A stretch of DNA of 64,000 nt from Gammaproteobacteria bacterium (GCA_013151035.1 JAADJB010000009.1:338-64337), one strand, 5' to 3'; shown: positions 31,066-41,654, numbered from the stretch's first letter. A program made the numbers and translations. Notes: a model not told the origin generated them from the letters alone.

Positions 31066-33348
31066 TCATTCCACGATGTGATTGACCATAAAGCGGGGAT
31101 ATAACAATAAATCTTCAGGTGGCAGACAAAGCTGATCATTACACGCCTGCAATCGTAATCTGATAGATGGATTCACACTTGTTGATCCTTTCTTCAACAG
31201 GGATCGAATACTAACATACCCCTGATAAAGAGCCAAAGCCTGTTGGCTAAAACCCAGTTTTACCACCTCATGCTCAGGATACTGGATATCAGACAGTGTC
31301 CATTCTGACGGTTCTTGCAAACGAATAGCAGTAGGAATCAGTTGAGTATCAAAAGGGGTATGAGAATTAATATGCCACTTATCATCAAATTTCATCTCAA
31401 TATTCAGGGTATATTGTTTATCATTCACAGCACGGATAAAAGCGTCAATACGAACATGCCCCCGTGCCGCATAAACCGGCAGTGTAACAACCCCTTCTTG
31501 TTCCTCACGGGAAGCCACTAAAAGACTGGAAAAAGCACTTGGCGTTTCTTTGGTTTCGGGGAAAAATAGTGCTAATACTGCATTAACTTTATCATAATAG
31601 GCATCATCACCTGTGCGACGAGCAAGCCGTATAAACATGCGCGCTGCAACAGCATTGCCTGAAGGCAGTGTTTTATCAAAGCCTGTTTTGGGTCGTATCG
31701 GTAAAGGAGTATCCTGATCAACAGGAATATCATAGAAACCACCCTGCTGATTATCCCAAAATAATTGCTGCATCATTCCAGCCAGGATTTTTGCCTTATC
31801 CAGCCAGGCCCTATCCTGATCAATATCATAAAGAGCAATTAATGCCTGTAGGTAATAGGCATAATCCTCTAATTGTGCATCCTGCGAATTTTTCCCCTGG
31901 AAATTGATACGATAAAAGTGATCATCACCCTGCATGTTTTCCCATATAAATCGAGCCGCACCCCTGGCATAAGTCAGGTAATCTGACTCACTAAACCGCA
32001 TAGCACCCTCAACCAAAGCTGTAATAGCAAGGCCATTCCAAGCCATTATTATTTTTTTATCCAGCGCAGGTTTAATACGTTTATTACGCGCCTGCTTCAA
32101 CTGAAAGCGAATCTTATTTAATTTACCTAACACACTGGAAAGTAATATATTATTCTCATCAGAATATTCTTCCGGTGTCAGATAAAAATAGAGAACATTA
32201 TCCCCGTTATCCATCTCACCATATTCATCTACATCAAAAATACTGGCTGACAACCGGCTATCATCATTATTCAACAGTGCTTGCCATTCATCCCGTGTCC
32301 ATAAATAATAATGTCCCTCACCACCCTCACTATCCGCATCCAGAGAAGCATAAAACCCACCCTGTGGAGAGCGCATTTCTTTTAATACAAAATCAAGCGT
32401 TTGTTGTGCAACCATTCGGTATAATGGATCAGGATAAATATCATTAGCACGCAAATATAAAGGCACTAACAAGGCCTGGTTATACAACATCTTTTCAAAA
32501 TGAGGTGTTCTCCAGTGAGGATCTGTTGTATAACGATGAAAACCACCACCCAATTGATCATAAATACCGCCATAGGCCATTCGGGTTAATGTAGTACGTA
32601 ATGACATTAACGAGAGGTTATCCTCTGCCTTGCCATAACTATCATCCAGCAAAAGATACAACCATGGTTCACGAGGAAACTTACTCCCCTCACCAAATCC
32701 ACCATTATCACGATCAACAATCGATAATAGAGACTTAATTGCCCTGTTCCTGAGAACCTTATCAAACATTAAGGCTTGCCCCCCTGTTTTTTTTCTACTA
32801 TACAATTGATCAACCAATTGACTAGCCTGATTAACCGCTTGTTCTCTTTGATTAGTCCAATAATCTGACATCTCGGATAAAAGTGCTCGGAATGCCTTGG
32901 CAGGATAATAAGTGCCACCATAAAAAGGCTTTTTATCCGGCGTAAGAAACACCGACATAGGCCAGCCCTGATGTCCTTGAAAGGCCATCACAGCATTACC
33001 ATAAAACTCATCAATATCAGGGCGACGTTCCCTATCTACCTTGATGGCAATAAAATGTTTATTTAAAAACCGGGCAATATCTATATTCTCAAAACTCTCT
33101 TTCCTCATCACATGGCACCAATGACATGCCGCATAACCAATTGAAAGAAAAATCGGCTTGTTTTCCTGCCGTGCCCGATCAAAGGCTTCTTTACCCCAGG
33201 GATACCAATCCACCGGATTATTTGCATGTTGTAACAGATAAGGGGAGGACTCCAGGATAAGGCGATTGCCAAGGTTCGACTTATCGCTATAGGCAAGCGA
33301 AGAGAGCACCAACAGACAGACTGAAAAAATGAATACCGTGCATTTCAT
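31066..33348 (-). CDS. Secreted thioredoxin-domain protein (DUF255/YyaL/SSP411) with a C-terminal DsbD-N-like domain
   Basis: [30 protein letters not shown]; C-terminal WHIN...[11 protein letters not shown]; signal peptide. Confidence 0.9.
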   Translation of the reverse strand: MKCTVFIFSVCLLVLSSLAYSDKSNLGNRLILESSPYLLQHANNPVDWYPWGKEAFDRARQENKPIFLSIGYAACHWCHVMRKESFENIDIARFLNKHFIAIKVDRERRPDIDEFYGNAVMAFQGHQGWPMSVFLTPDKKPFYGGTYYPAKAFRALLSEMSDYWTNQREQAVNQASQLVDQLYSRKKTGGQALMFDKVLRNRAIKSLLSIVDRDNGGFGEGSKFPREPWLYLLLDDSYGKAEDNLSLMSLRTTLTRMAYGGIYDQLGGGFHRYTTDPHWRTPHFEKMLYNQALLVPLYLRANDIYPDPLYRMVAQQTLDFVLKEMRSPQGGFYASLDADSEGGEGHYYLWTRDEWQALLNNDDSRLSASIFDVDEYGEMDNGDNVLYFYLTPEEYSDENNILLSSVLGKLNKIRFQLKQARNKRIKPALDKKIIMAWNGLAITALVEGAMRFSESDYLTYARGAARFIWENMQGDDHFYRINFQGKNSQDAQLEDYAYYLQALIALYDIDQDRAWLDKAKILAGMMQQLFWDNQQGGFYDIPVDQDTPLPIRPKTGFDKTLPSGNAVAARMFIRLARRTGDDAYYDKVNAVLALFFPETKETPSAFSSLLVASREEQEGVVTLPVYAARGHVRIDAFIRAVNDKQYTLNIEMKFDDKWHINSHTPFDTQLIPTAIRLQEPSEWTLSDIQYPEHEVVKLGFSQQALALYQGYVSIRSLLKKGSTSVNPSIRLRLQACNDQLCLPPEDLLLYPRFMVNHIVE

Positions 33349-33380
33349 AGGAAAACCCCAAAGTAAAACCTTATACAGAC

Positions 33381-33394
33381 CTGACCTGGATCAA
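33381..33394. promoter_or_regulatory. FNR-box-like site upstream of yhcC-ubiUV
   Basis: CTGAC-CTGG-ATCAA, two mismatches to TTGAT-N4-ATCAA. Confidence 0.5.
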
Positions 33395-33514
33395 CGATTC
33401 TATTCGATCATAATGATAGGATCACTGCCATCTTAATTATGCTCTATATTACAAGCATAAAAATTGCTTTTTGTCATAAAAACAAAGACGCATCAGAAAC
33501 TTAGAGAACCTAGA

Positions 33515-34453
33515 ATGGCCTTATCCGATTATATTCACACCTTTGGTCAGGCCATGAAAAAACTGTATGGTGAACGCATCCATAAGCTGGCGATTGATGC
33601 TGAATTTACCTGCCCAAACAGGGATGGAACAAAAGGTGTTGGCGGCTGCACCTTTTGTAATAACAGCTCATTCAGTCCCAATGGTCGACAACCAAAATCA
33701 TTAGGACAACAGATTGAAGCCGGACGACAGGTTATTCTAAAACGTACCCGAGCCAGTAAATACATTGCCTACTTTCAAGCCTACACCAATACCTATGCTG
33801 ATATCAACCAGCTAAAAGAACTTTATGATCGGGCACTTTCCGAGCCGGATGTCATTGGTCTCGCCATTGGCACCCGCCCGGACTGCGTCCCCGAACCGGT
33901 AGTCAAATTACTGCAAGCATACCAACAACAAGGTTATGAAATCTGGCTGGAACTGGGGCTGCAATCATCCTCAAACGAGACCCTGGAGCGTGTCAATCGT
34001 GGACATACCTATGAGGACTATTGTGACGCAGTACAAATGGCTCGACAGCATGGTATAAAGGTATGCACACACCTGATTATCGGTTTTCCCGGAGAGACGG
34101 GGAAAGATGCCGAAGAAACCTTACTAAAGGTTCTGGATAAAGGCGTTGATGGTTTAAAGATTCATCCTCTGCATGTTGTAAAAGGCACTGTACTGGCTAA
34201 CGAATGGCGTGAAGGACAATACCAGCCACTTGATTTTGATGACTACATTCAGACAGTTGCCAACATAGTGGAGTTAACACCCAAAAAAATTATATTTCAC
34301 CGACTAACAGGTACAGCATCGGAAAATTTACTATTAGCACCACAGTGGTGCTCAAAAAAATGGCATGTACTTAATTCAATAGAGAGGGAACTAATCAATC
34401 GAGGCAGCTATCAAGGCGCTGCGCTGGAGAATGATTATGCCTTCAGCACGTAA
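33515..34453 (+). CDS. yhcC: TIGR01212 family radical SAM protein (YhcC)
   Basis: FTCPNRDGT..GGCTFC, YFQAYTNTY, GTRPDC, HRLTG. Confidence 0.92.
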   Translation: MALSDYIHTFGQAMKKLYGERIHKLAIDAEFTCPNRDGTKGVGGCTFCNNSSFSPNGRQPKSLGQQIEAGRQVILKRTRASKYIAYFQAYTNTYADINQLKELYDRALSEPDVIGLAIGTRPDCVPEPVVKLLQAYQQQGYEIWLELGLQSSSNETLERVNRGHTYEDYCDAVQMARQHGIKVCTHLIIGFPGETGKDAEETLLKVLDKGVDGLKIHPLHVVKGTVLANEWREGQYQPLDFDDYIQTVANIVELTPKKIIFHRLTGTASENLLLAPQWCSKKWHVLNSIERELINRGSYQGAALENDYAFST

Positions 34454-35459
34454 AAAGATCGACCTGGTTTGCCCTGCCGGCAGTCTACCTGCACTAAAAA
34501 CAGCCGTTGATCATGGCGCTGATGCGGTATACATTGGATTTCGTAATGAAACCAATGCTCGCAATTTTCCCGGACTGAATTTTGATAATGAAGAAGTAAG
34601 ACAGGGTATTAAATATGCACATAATAAAGGCTGCAAGGTACTGCTCGCGCTAAATACCTATCCCCAGCCTGAACATTTTAACCGTTGGACTCAAGCAGTA
34701 AGACAGGCAGCGTTACTCGGTATCGATGCAGTAATACTGGCTGATCCTGGATTAATGCGCTATGCAACCCGTAATTTCCCCGGTTTACGGCTGCATTTAT
34801 CGGTACAAGGCTCTGCAACCACCCGCCACGCGATTGCCTTTTATCACGAACAATTTAATATCCAGCGCGTTGTTCTGCCACGGGTATTATCTCTAAAACA
34901 AATTAAAAACATTGTTGATTCCAGTCCAGTCGAGGTCGAAGTGTTTGGCTTTGGTAGCCTGTGTGTAATGGTTGAAGGACGGTGCGCGCTTTCATCTTAT
35001 GTTACTGGAGAATCACCCAACACCTGCGGAGTTTGTTCACCCGCAAAGGATGTCCGTTGGGAAGAGACCGCTCAAGGTCGTCAATCACGGCTCAATAATG
35101 TGCTCATTGATCGTTATGCAAAAGGTGAGGCAGCGGGATATCCTACCTTATGCAAAGGTCGCTTCAAGGTGGGTGAAAGCGAAAATATATTTTACGCCAT
35201 GGAAGAGCCAACCAGTCTGAATACACTGGAGATATTACCTGACCTTATAACAATGGGTGTTGCAGCCATCAAGATTGAAGGCCGTCAACGAAGTCCTGCC
35301 TATGTCAGGCAGGTCACCAGTGTCATGCGCGCTGCATTAGACTGTTGTCAGAATAATCTCAATAACTATAAAATCGATAAACGCTGGATATCAACACTGG
35401 ACAAGGTATCTGAAGGTCGTTCACATACCCTCGGTGCCTTCCATAGACCATGGCAATAA
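34431..35459 (+). CDS. ubiU: O2-independent ubiquinone biosynthesis protein UbiU (U32 family)
   Basis: LVCPAG, NARNF, GSLCVMVEGRC, YPTLCKGRF, KIEGRQRSPAY. Confidence 0.95.
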   Translation: MIMPSARKKIDLVCPAGSLPALKTAVDHGADAVYIGFRNETNARNFPGLNFDNEEVRQGIKYAHNKGCKVLLALNTYPQPEHFNRWTQAVRQAALLGIDAVILADPGLMRYATRNFPGLRLHLSVQGSATTRHAIAFYHEQFNIQRVVLPRVLSLKQIKNIVDSSPVEVEVFGFGSLCVMVEGRCALSSYVTGESPNTCGVCSPAKDVRWEETAQGRQSRLNNVLIDRYAKGEAAGYPTLCKGRFKVGESENIFYAMEEPTSLNTLEILPDLITMGVAAIKIEGRQRSPAYVRQVTSVMRAALDCCQNNLNNYKIDKRWISTLDKVSEGRSHTLGAFHRPWQ

Positions 35460-35460
35460 C

Positions 35461-36348
35461 ATGAAATTATCACTCGGCCCCATCCAATATTACTGGCCAG
35501 AAGACAAGGTTCGCAGCTTTTACCAACAGGCTACAGACTGGCCTGTTGATATTATCTATCTAGGTGAAGTGGTCTGTTCCAAACGGCGTGAATTAAAACT
35601 CAATGACTGGCTTGATATTGCTTCTCAGTTACAACAGGCAGGTAAAGAAGTGGTGCTATCCACCCTGATCTTGCTTGAGGCCGATTCAGAACTAAAAAGA
35701 CTGGAACATATCTGTGCCCAAACAGACTTCAAAGTTGAAGCCAATGATATGTCAGCAGTGTATTTACTCAATAAACAGTCCAGCTTTATTGCTGGCCCTC
35801 ATATCAATAGCTACAACCCGGAGACCATTGATGTACTACATGAGTGTGGTGCCATACGTTGGGTGATGCCTTTTGAATTAAGTCAGCATACCTTACGCGA
35901 TCTCATTAAACAAAAGCCTGGTGGTATGGAAAGCGAAGTACTGGTTTATGGTCGCATACCCCTGGCATTTTCAGCCCGATGCTTCACTGCAAGAGCTCAC
36001 AATGTTGGTAAAGATCAGTGTGAACTGCGCTGCCTTGCTGATAACAAAGGTCTGCCTCTATTGACCCAGGAAGGTGACGAGTTATTTACTATTAACGGCA
36101 TACAATTACAATCAGGAGTACCCTGTAATCTGGTTAGCGAACTGGATAGTCTGGAGAAAACGGGCGTTGATATTTTACGCCTGTCACCTGAATTAAAGGG
36201 TATGGGGGAATTGATTGATATATTTCATCAAACATCAATAGGTGAAATATCATCACAACAGGCTGAAAGCAGAATACAAAAACGCAGTGATGACAATAAG
36301 TGGTGTAACGGATTCTGGCATGGCGAGCCCGGCATGAACTGGCAATAA
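35461..36348 (+). CDS. ubiV: O2-independent ubiquinone biosynthesis protein UbiV
   Basis: MKLSLGP.YYW, GEVVCSKRR, SARCFTARAH, NGFWHG.PGM. Confidence 0.95.
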   Translation: MKLSLGPIQYYWPEDKVRSFYQQATDWPVDIIYLGEVVCSKRRELKLNDWLDIASQLQQAGKEVVLSTLILLEADSELKRLEHICAQTDFKVEANDMSAVYLLNKQSSFIAGPHINSYNPETIDVLHECGAIRWVMPFELSQHTLRDLIKQKPGGMESEVLVYGRIPLAFSARCFTARAHNVGKDQCELRCLADNKGLPLLTQEGDELFTINGIQLQSGVPCNLVSELDSLEKTGVDILRLSPELKGMGELIDIFHQTSIGEISSQQAESRIQKRSDDNKWCNGFWHGEPGMNWQ

Positions 36349-36432
36349 TAAATCAAGGGGTCAGAGCTTTTGAAAGAATCATCGGTTCTTTGAATAAATG
36401 GAATATTTCAAAAGCTCTGACCCCTTGATTTA
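36349..36432. repeat. Perfect 27-bp inverted repeat (REP doublet-like) between convergent ubiV and ubiT
   Basis: TAAATCAAGGGGTCAGAGCTTTTGAAA ...30 nt... TTTCAAAAGCTCTGACCCCTTGATTTA. Confidence 0.85.
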
Positions 36433-36926
36433 CTGACAATACGATGCGCCCTACCACCAATATCAAGTTGTTTGAATAGCTCATCCAGCTTCTTCCCGAT
36501 AGCCTTACCAAGATACATCTTGAAATGAGCCTCGGTATCAAACTCCATTGCATCAAGCATATTTTTTAGATAGAGGCCATCTTCGGTATTACCTTCCAGA
36601 CTCAGCTGGCGTGCAAAAAACAGAGTATCAGGATCTTCACTACGTGTTGCCAACTGAATAAAATGCTCAAGGTCACCTTTGATGTGAATCTCGGGAGAGG
36701 CGTTCATCTTATCGGGATAAAAACGACCATTATCAATCTGAAAGCGCCAGCTATTACCCGTGTTATTTAAAGTCAACCATAAACGTTTACCATTCAGATA
36801 CTCCAGTCTTGAACAAAAACATTGACCCTTCATTAAATAATTAAATCCCTGACTCAAAACACGCGCGTGAACCCAATCAGGAATAGCACGTAGCGCAAAT
36901 TTAAGAGGCCAAATAGGTAAAGTCAT
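36408..36926 (-). CDS. ubiT: SCP2-domain ubiquinone biosynthesis accessory factor UbiT
   Basis: EDPDTLFFARQLSLEGNTEDGLYLKN; adjacent to ubiUV. Confidence 0.88.
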   Translation of the reverse strand: MTLPIWPLKFALRAIPDWVHARVLSQGFNYLMKGQCFCSRLEYLNGKRLWLTLNNTGNSWRFQIDNGRFYPDKMNASPEIHIKGDLEHFIQLATRSEDPDTLFFARQLSLEGNTEDGLYLKNMLDAMEFDTEAHFKMYLGKAIGKKLDELFKQLDIGGRAHRIVSKSRGQSF

Positions 36927-37714
36927 GATGCTGACTTATCCGTTTCCAGGAAATCGAAGAAGCCCGGTTCCAGCGCAGCCGAAAGCATTAGTTTATCAAG
37001 GTTATCAATGCGTATTTTTCGCCCACTCGTTGTCAATACACCATTATCCTGAAAGCGACGAAAACCACGACTAACAGTCTCCACAGCGAGACCAAGATAT
37101 TCGGCAATATCACGACGTGTTATGGGCAAACGAAATTCAATATGGGGTAGACCACGCACATAAAGGCGTGATGAGATATAAATCAGAAAAGAAGCGAGCC
37201 GTTCTTCAGTTGACCTGGCACTAATAAAGGTCGAAAACCAACGCTCATGCATAATGCGATTACTCATGGCACTAACAAGCTGATGATAAAAACCCGTCTT
37301 GCGATCTTCCAACAAATGAACCTGACTATAATCCATCATACAGACACTGCTTTCCTCTAACGCAATGGCATAACTATTATAGGCACCGCGTTCAATAGCA
37401 TCGAGACCAACAAGATCTCCGGGGAAATATAGCCCCGTCATTCTGCCTGTTGCATGATCGTCACTACTAAAGGTAGCAATAAATCCGGACTTCACCACAT
37501 AAAGATAATTAAACTCATCATCCACATCAAAGAGGCGGGTTTCCTTAAGCACATGGCTGCATCGGGTGATTAGCCGATCAAATAACTTCATATCACTATT
37601 CAGACCAAGCTCATTACAGATACCGAATAAGCCACAGTTATCACAACGAACCCACTGTTTCGATAACTGGATTGGATTTAACACATTAGATTCAGTCTTA
37701 CCATTAGCACTCAT
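36923..37714 (-). CDS. fnr: FNR-type Crp/Fnr transcription regulator
   Basis: CDNCGLFGIC (C-x2-C-x5-C) plus SVC; HTH YLGLAVETVSR; divergent, possibly a paralogue. Confidence 0.82.
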   Translation of the reverse strand: MSANGKTESNVLNPIQLSKQWVRCDNCGLFGICNELGLNSDMKLFDRLITRCSHVLKETRLFDVDDEFNYLYVVKSGFIATFSSDDHATGRMTGLYFPGDLVGLDAIERGAYNSYAIALEESSVCMMDYSQVHLLEDRKTGFYHQLVSAMSNRIMHERWFSTFISARSTEERLASFLIYISSRLYVRGLPHIEFRLPITRRDIAEYLGLAVETVSRGFRRFQDNGVLTTSGRKIRIDNLDKLMLSAALEPGFFDFLETDKSAS

Positions 37715-37774
37715 AAAGAACCGACCTATTTTATAATACAGATACCAGTATGCTGTAAATAGCTAGAGATGAAA

Positions 37775-37788
37775 TTGATTCATATCAA
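37775..37788. promoter_or_regulatory. Consensus FNR box
   Basis: TTGAT-TCAT-ATCAA about 60 bp upstream of the fnr-like gene. Confidence 0.8.
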
Positions 37789-37845
37789 AAAAAACGCATG
37801 TAAATATAATTTAATGCGGATGCCACCCATGCATTCAAGAACGGG

Positions 37846-38259
37846 TTAATCTAGAATCTTCCCTCGTAATGACTTGATCTTACCGCGTTGAACCTTACTG
37901 TCCACTCGTCTTTTCTGCGCACCTTTTGTTGGTTTGGTCGGCCTGCGTTTTTTCTTTATCACCGTAACAGCTCCGAGCATTTCTTGTAAACGATCCAGCG
38001 CATCCTCCCTGTTTTTTTCCTGAGTGCGAAAGCGCTGCGCCTTAATAATGATAATGCCATCCTTGCTGATACGCCGGTCACGCAGATTTAACAGTCGCTG
38101 TTTATAAAAACCGGCTAATGAAGATGCATTAATATCAAAACGCAAGTGAATCGCTGAAGAGACCTTATTGACATTCTGACCACCCGCCCCCTGTGCACGG
38201 ATTGCCGTCAATTCAATCTCATCATCAGGGATAGATATGTTCGCGGTGATTTTTAACAT
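37846..38259 (-). CDS. arfB: Alternative ribosome rescue factor ArfB (YaeJ)
   Basis: GAGGQNVNKVSSA; basic C-terminal tail RRPTKPT. Confidence 0.95.
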   Translation of the reverse strand: MLKITANISIPDDEIELTAIRAQGAGGQNVNKVSSAIHLRFDINASSLAGFYKQRLLNLRDRRISKDGIIIIKAQRFRTQEKNREDALDRLQEMLGAVTVIKKKRRPTKPTKGAQKRRVDSKVQRGKIKSLRGKILD

Positions 38260-38262
38260 TAT

Positions 38263-38829
38263 CTATTTTTTGCTAAATGTAAACTTCTGCCCACCGACCG
38301 AGGCCTCATACATCAAGCCACCCTTGGCAACAGTAAATACTGCGACACCATGATTATAGTCCACATCAGCCGAGGCACCTGCTGTCACAGCAACCGCTGA
38401 GATCTGCGCATTAAACTCAAACTCGCCGCGCATAAACTCATTAAGCGCGGCTTTAGTACCAAAGAAGATGATTTCACTGTAGGTCTGCCCGCCCAACTGA
38501 AAACCAATGGTCAGTTGTGTCAGACTAGTATCACCAATATAACTTCCCCGGCGATAAACTTTACCCTTACCATAGGCACCACCAATACCCATACCGGCTT
38601 TCGCTACCGTTGGAAAAACAGCATAGCCGTAGGCATCAGCAAAGAACCGTTTTAAATCGGCATCCTTTTTCTTGAAACTGGTAATAGTTTTATTGATTCC
38701 CTTATCATTGGTCGAATTATCTTTAGTCTTGTCATCAAATGGATTCCAGCCAGCATTAGTCGCCGATAGTGGAGCAATTAACAAACAAACTGATAACAGC
38801 ATTCTTAGTACGACAATATATTTTTTCAT
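38263..38829 (-). CDS. Ysc84/SYLF lipid-binding domain exported protein
   Basis: Signal peptide; AVFPTVAKAG..IGGAYG, GFQLGGQ, GGLMYEASVGGQKF. Confidence 0.85.
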   Translation of the reverse strand: MKKYIVVLRMLLSVCLLIAPLSATNAGWNPFDDKTKDNSTNDKGINKTITSFKKKDADLKRFFADAYGYAVFPTVAKAGMGIGGAYGKGKVYRRGSYIGDTSLTQLTIGFQLGGQTYSEIIFFGTKAALNEFMRGEFEFNAQISAVAVTAGASADVDYNHGVAVFTVAKGGLMYEASVGGQKFTFSKK

Positions 38830-38849
38830 GGTGAAACTCCGTCTACACT

Positions 38850-39152
38850 TTATGGGTAAATAACCACACCGACACGATCAACATGATCAATAAGTTGTGG
38901 GTTCCTTAAATCATGGTAGGCCTGCAAATCAACCAAATAAGGAATATCCGAATCATCCAGATCCATTAACACCTCTGCAATAACAGCACGATCAATTCCC
39001 TGACCAAAGGCGACTAAATCAATATCACTACGCGAGTTATACGTGCCCTTAGCACGAGATCCATAGAGTTTCACCTGCTCAATAGCAGGAAACCTCTTGA
39101 GTATATTTTCCAGAGTCATCCTATTTTGTCCTGTTAAACCCGTATCCTGCAT
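38850..39152 (-). CDS. Minimal nucleotidyltransferase (MNT) antitoxin
   Basis: LYGSRAKG...SDIDL motif, 100 aa. Confidence 0.9.
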   Translation of the reverse strand: MQDTGLTGQNRMTLENILKRFPAIEQVKLYGSRAKGTYNSRSDIDLVAFGQGIDRAVIAEVLMDLDDSDIPYLVDLQAYHDLRNPQLIDHVDRVGVVIYP

Positions 39153-39571
39153 TACGCGTTAATTTCCGACAAAAGTTCCATATACCATTCATCCAGCATA
39201 GGCAAATAACTCGCAGCAATACTTTCTATCACCATCTCGAATTTTGCAAAATCATAGGTATGGCTCATTAGATTCCGGTCACCGATCATTTTTAACCATG
39301 TATCTGCATCCTTGATATACCTGGAGGCATAGGCCTGTCTTACTACTGTCTTTGGCGATATTTTATCCAGGTTAACACCATCATATTCCATTTTATCTTT
39401 TAAAACATTCCATGCCAGTTCGAAGGTATATTCAAAACGTTGAATAATGCCTTCCTTTTCCAACTGACTCATATTATCCAGATCGCCTTCCATTGCTTCT
39501 CGCAACAATAAAAAGGCACGCTTGAAATTATTAAATCGTTGTTGCCAACGAATATCTTGATCATTCATCAT
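39152..39571 (-). CDS. HEPN protein (HI0074 / NTase substrate-binding family), putative toxin
   Basis: IRWQQRF, GIIQRFEYTFELAW, RNLMSHTY (R-x4-H). Confidence 0.9.
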   Translation of the reverse strand: MMNDQDIRWQQRFNNFKRAFLLLREAMEGDLDNMSQLEKEGIIQRFEYTFELAWNVLKDKMEYDGVNLDKISPKTVVRQAYASRYIKDADTWLKMIGDRNLMSHTYDFAKFEMVIESIAASYLPMLDEWYMELLSEINA

Positions 39572-39687
39572 GGTATCCTTGATAATAGTCCCTTGTTATA
39601 TGTAATTACACTACTGCCCCGTTAAGGATTTATTTAATTACTGTAATAATATGATATTAATAGAAAAAATATGCCTGGTAAGCTCGA

Positions 39688-39713
39688 GACAGGGATGTAT
39701 TCACGGCGTGTCT
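39688..39713. repeat. Core fragment of the palindromic MITE-like element
   Basis: ACAGGGATGTATTCACGGCGTGTCT matches the core of the 58282 element. Confidence 0.75.
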
Positions 39714-39774
39714 ATGATCAATATAGGTGATTCATGCCTCACTCCTGAAAACAGCTCCAAACAAAACCTATATC

Positions 39775-40179
39775 TCAAACTGCTATATCAACCGCCACCA
39801 CACCATCATCCCGCAACTGCCAGGCACGCATCTCCAGCACACCTTCGATATCGAGTGAGATAATCAAATAACAGGTATCGGGATAGGCTGACTGCTGGAT
39901 ATCGGCTAATGAGGGTTCGGCAGAGGCATGGGGGTGGGAATGATAGATGGCAAACAGCTCATCACCCTGCTCTCGCATCTGGCGCATGGCATCAATCTGT
40001 TGCTGGGGTGCCATCTCAAAAATACGCCCCGGATCGGTGGCACTATTTTTTATCGGGTAACTGTGATTAGCCACACCATCACGCGCTGAAACCAGGCCAC
40101 AGATTTCTTGCTCAGGTGAGGACTGTGCATGGGTCAATAACTGGTTGACCAACACCCTGGAGAGTTTGATCACCGACAT
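39775..40179 (-). CDS. JAB/MPN (M67) metallopeptidase, Mec+-like
   Basis: EICG, YHSHP...PS.AD JAMM motif; ATG overlaps the gatB stop. Confidence 0.9.
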   Translation of the reverse strand: MSVIKLSRVLVNQLLTHAQSSPEQEICGLVSARDGVANHSYPIKNSATDPGRIFEMAPQQQIDAMRQMREQGDELFAIYHSHPHASAEPSLADIQQSAYPDTCYLIISLDIEGVLEMRAWQLRDDGVVAVDIAV

Positions 40180-41618
40180 CAGGCTTCGGCAATCAGTTTC
40201 TTCAGCATGGCATTCACTTCACCCGGATTAGCCTTACCCTGGGTCGCCTTCATTACCTGACCAACAAAGTAACCGAACAGCTTTTCCTGCCCACCCTTAT
40301 ACTGTTCCAGTTGACCGGGATTATTTGCCAATACTTCTTTGATAATCTTCTCGATAGCCGCTGGATCACTGATCTGTTTCAGACCCTTGTTTTCAATCAC
40401 CGCATCGGCATCACCTTCGCCATTCCACATGGCTTCGAATACCTGTTTGGCAATCTTGCCAGAGATGGTGCCATCCTCAATACGCTTGAGCAAACCACCA
40501 AAAGCTACAGCATCGACCGGGCTTTGTTCAATGCCCATCGTCGCTTTGTTCAAGGCGGCAGATAATTCACCTAATACCCAGTTAGCAGTCAGTTTACCTT
40601 TGCCTGCTGAGGCCTTTAATGCCGCCTCAAAATAATCAGCCATCGCCCTGGATGAGGTTAATCCCCCGGCATCATATTCACTCAGTTCATATTCCTGAAT
40701 AAAACGCTGACGCTTGGCATCGGGCAACTCAGGCAAAGAGGCCTTGATTTCATCAAGAAAGGCCTGATCCAGTTCTACTGGCAACAGGTCAGGATCAGGG
40801 AAATAACGATAGTCATTCGCCTCTTCCTTGCTACGCATGGAACGGGTCTCATCCTTATCCGCATCATATAGACGCGTCTCTTGTGCCACCTTGCCACCAC
40901 CCTCAATCACATCAATCTGGCGTTCCACCTCATGATTAATCGCCTTCTCGACAAAACGGAAGGAGTTCAGGTTTTTAACCTCGGCACGGGTACCGTATTC
41001 ACCCTGCCCCTTTGGACGCACCGAGACATTAGCATCACAGCGAAAAGAACCTTCCTGCATATTACCATCACAGATGCCAAGATATTGCACCAGGGCATGA
41101 ATCTTCTTCATATAGGCAACGGCCTCAGCGGCTGAACGCATATCTGGTTCGGAGACAATCTCCAATAACGGGGTACCGGCACGATTAAGATCAATCCCAG
41201 TGGAGCCATGAAAATCCTCATGCAGAGACTTGCCCGCATCCTCTTCCAGATGAGCGCGCGTGACCCCTACGGTCTTGCTATTACCCTCACCCCACTCAAT
41301 ATAAAGCTCACCCTTACCCACGATAGGCAGATCCATTTGACTAATCTGATAGCCTTTGGGCAGATCAGGGTAAAAATAATTCTTACGGGCAAACACCGAA
41401 CGCATCAACACCTCGGCACCAATCGCTAAACCAAAGCTAGCACCCATACGTACTGCCTCGGCATTAACGACCGGCAACACACCGGGGAAACCTAGATCCA
41501 CGGCACAGGCCTGGGTATTGGGTTCGGCACCATAGGCAGTCGATGCACCGGAAAATATCTTACTCTTGGTTGCGAGCTGGGCATGGATCTCCAGACCGAT
41601 TACGACTTCCCATTCCAT
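40179..41618 (-). CDS. gatB: Asp/Glu-tRNA amidotransferase subunit B
   Basis: [33 protein letters not shown]. Confidence 0.98.
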   Translation of the reverse strand: MEWEVVIGLEIHAQLATKSKIFSGASTAYGAEPNTQACAVDLGFPGVLPVVNAEAVRMGASFGLAIGAEVLMRSVFARKNYFYPDLPKGYQISQMDLPIVGKGELYIEWGEGNSKTVGVTRAHLEEDAGKSLHEDFHGSTGIDLNRAGTPLLEIVSEPDMRSAAEAVAYMKKIHALVQYLGICDGNMQEGSFRCDANVSVRPKGQGEYGTRAEVKNLNSFRFVEKAINHEVERQIDVIEGGGKVAQETRLYDADKDETRSMRSKEEANDYRYFPDPDLLPVELDQAFLDEIKASLPELPDAKRQRFIQEYELSEYDAGGLTSSRAMADYFEAALKASAGKGKLTANWVLGELSAALNKATMGIEQSPVDAVAFGGLLKRIEDGTISGKIAKQVFEAMWNGEGDADAVIENKGLKQISDPAAIEKIIKEVLANNPGQLEQYKGGQEKLFGYFVGQVMKATQGKANPGEVNAMLKKLIAEA

Positions 41619-41654
41619 CTTTTAATAACCTCTTAATTGCAAATTGTTGGGTTA

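Noticed and set aside
13380-40179. MoeB (E1-like) plus JAB as a CBASS/Bil-type ubiquitin-like defence system
   Set aside because: The genes are 26 kb apart in housekeeping contexts, with no E2, ubiquitin-like or cyclase gene
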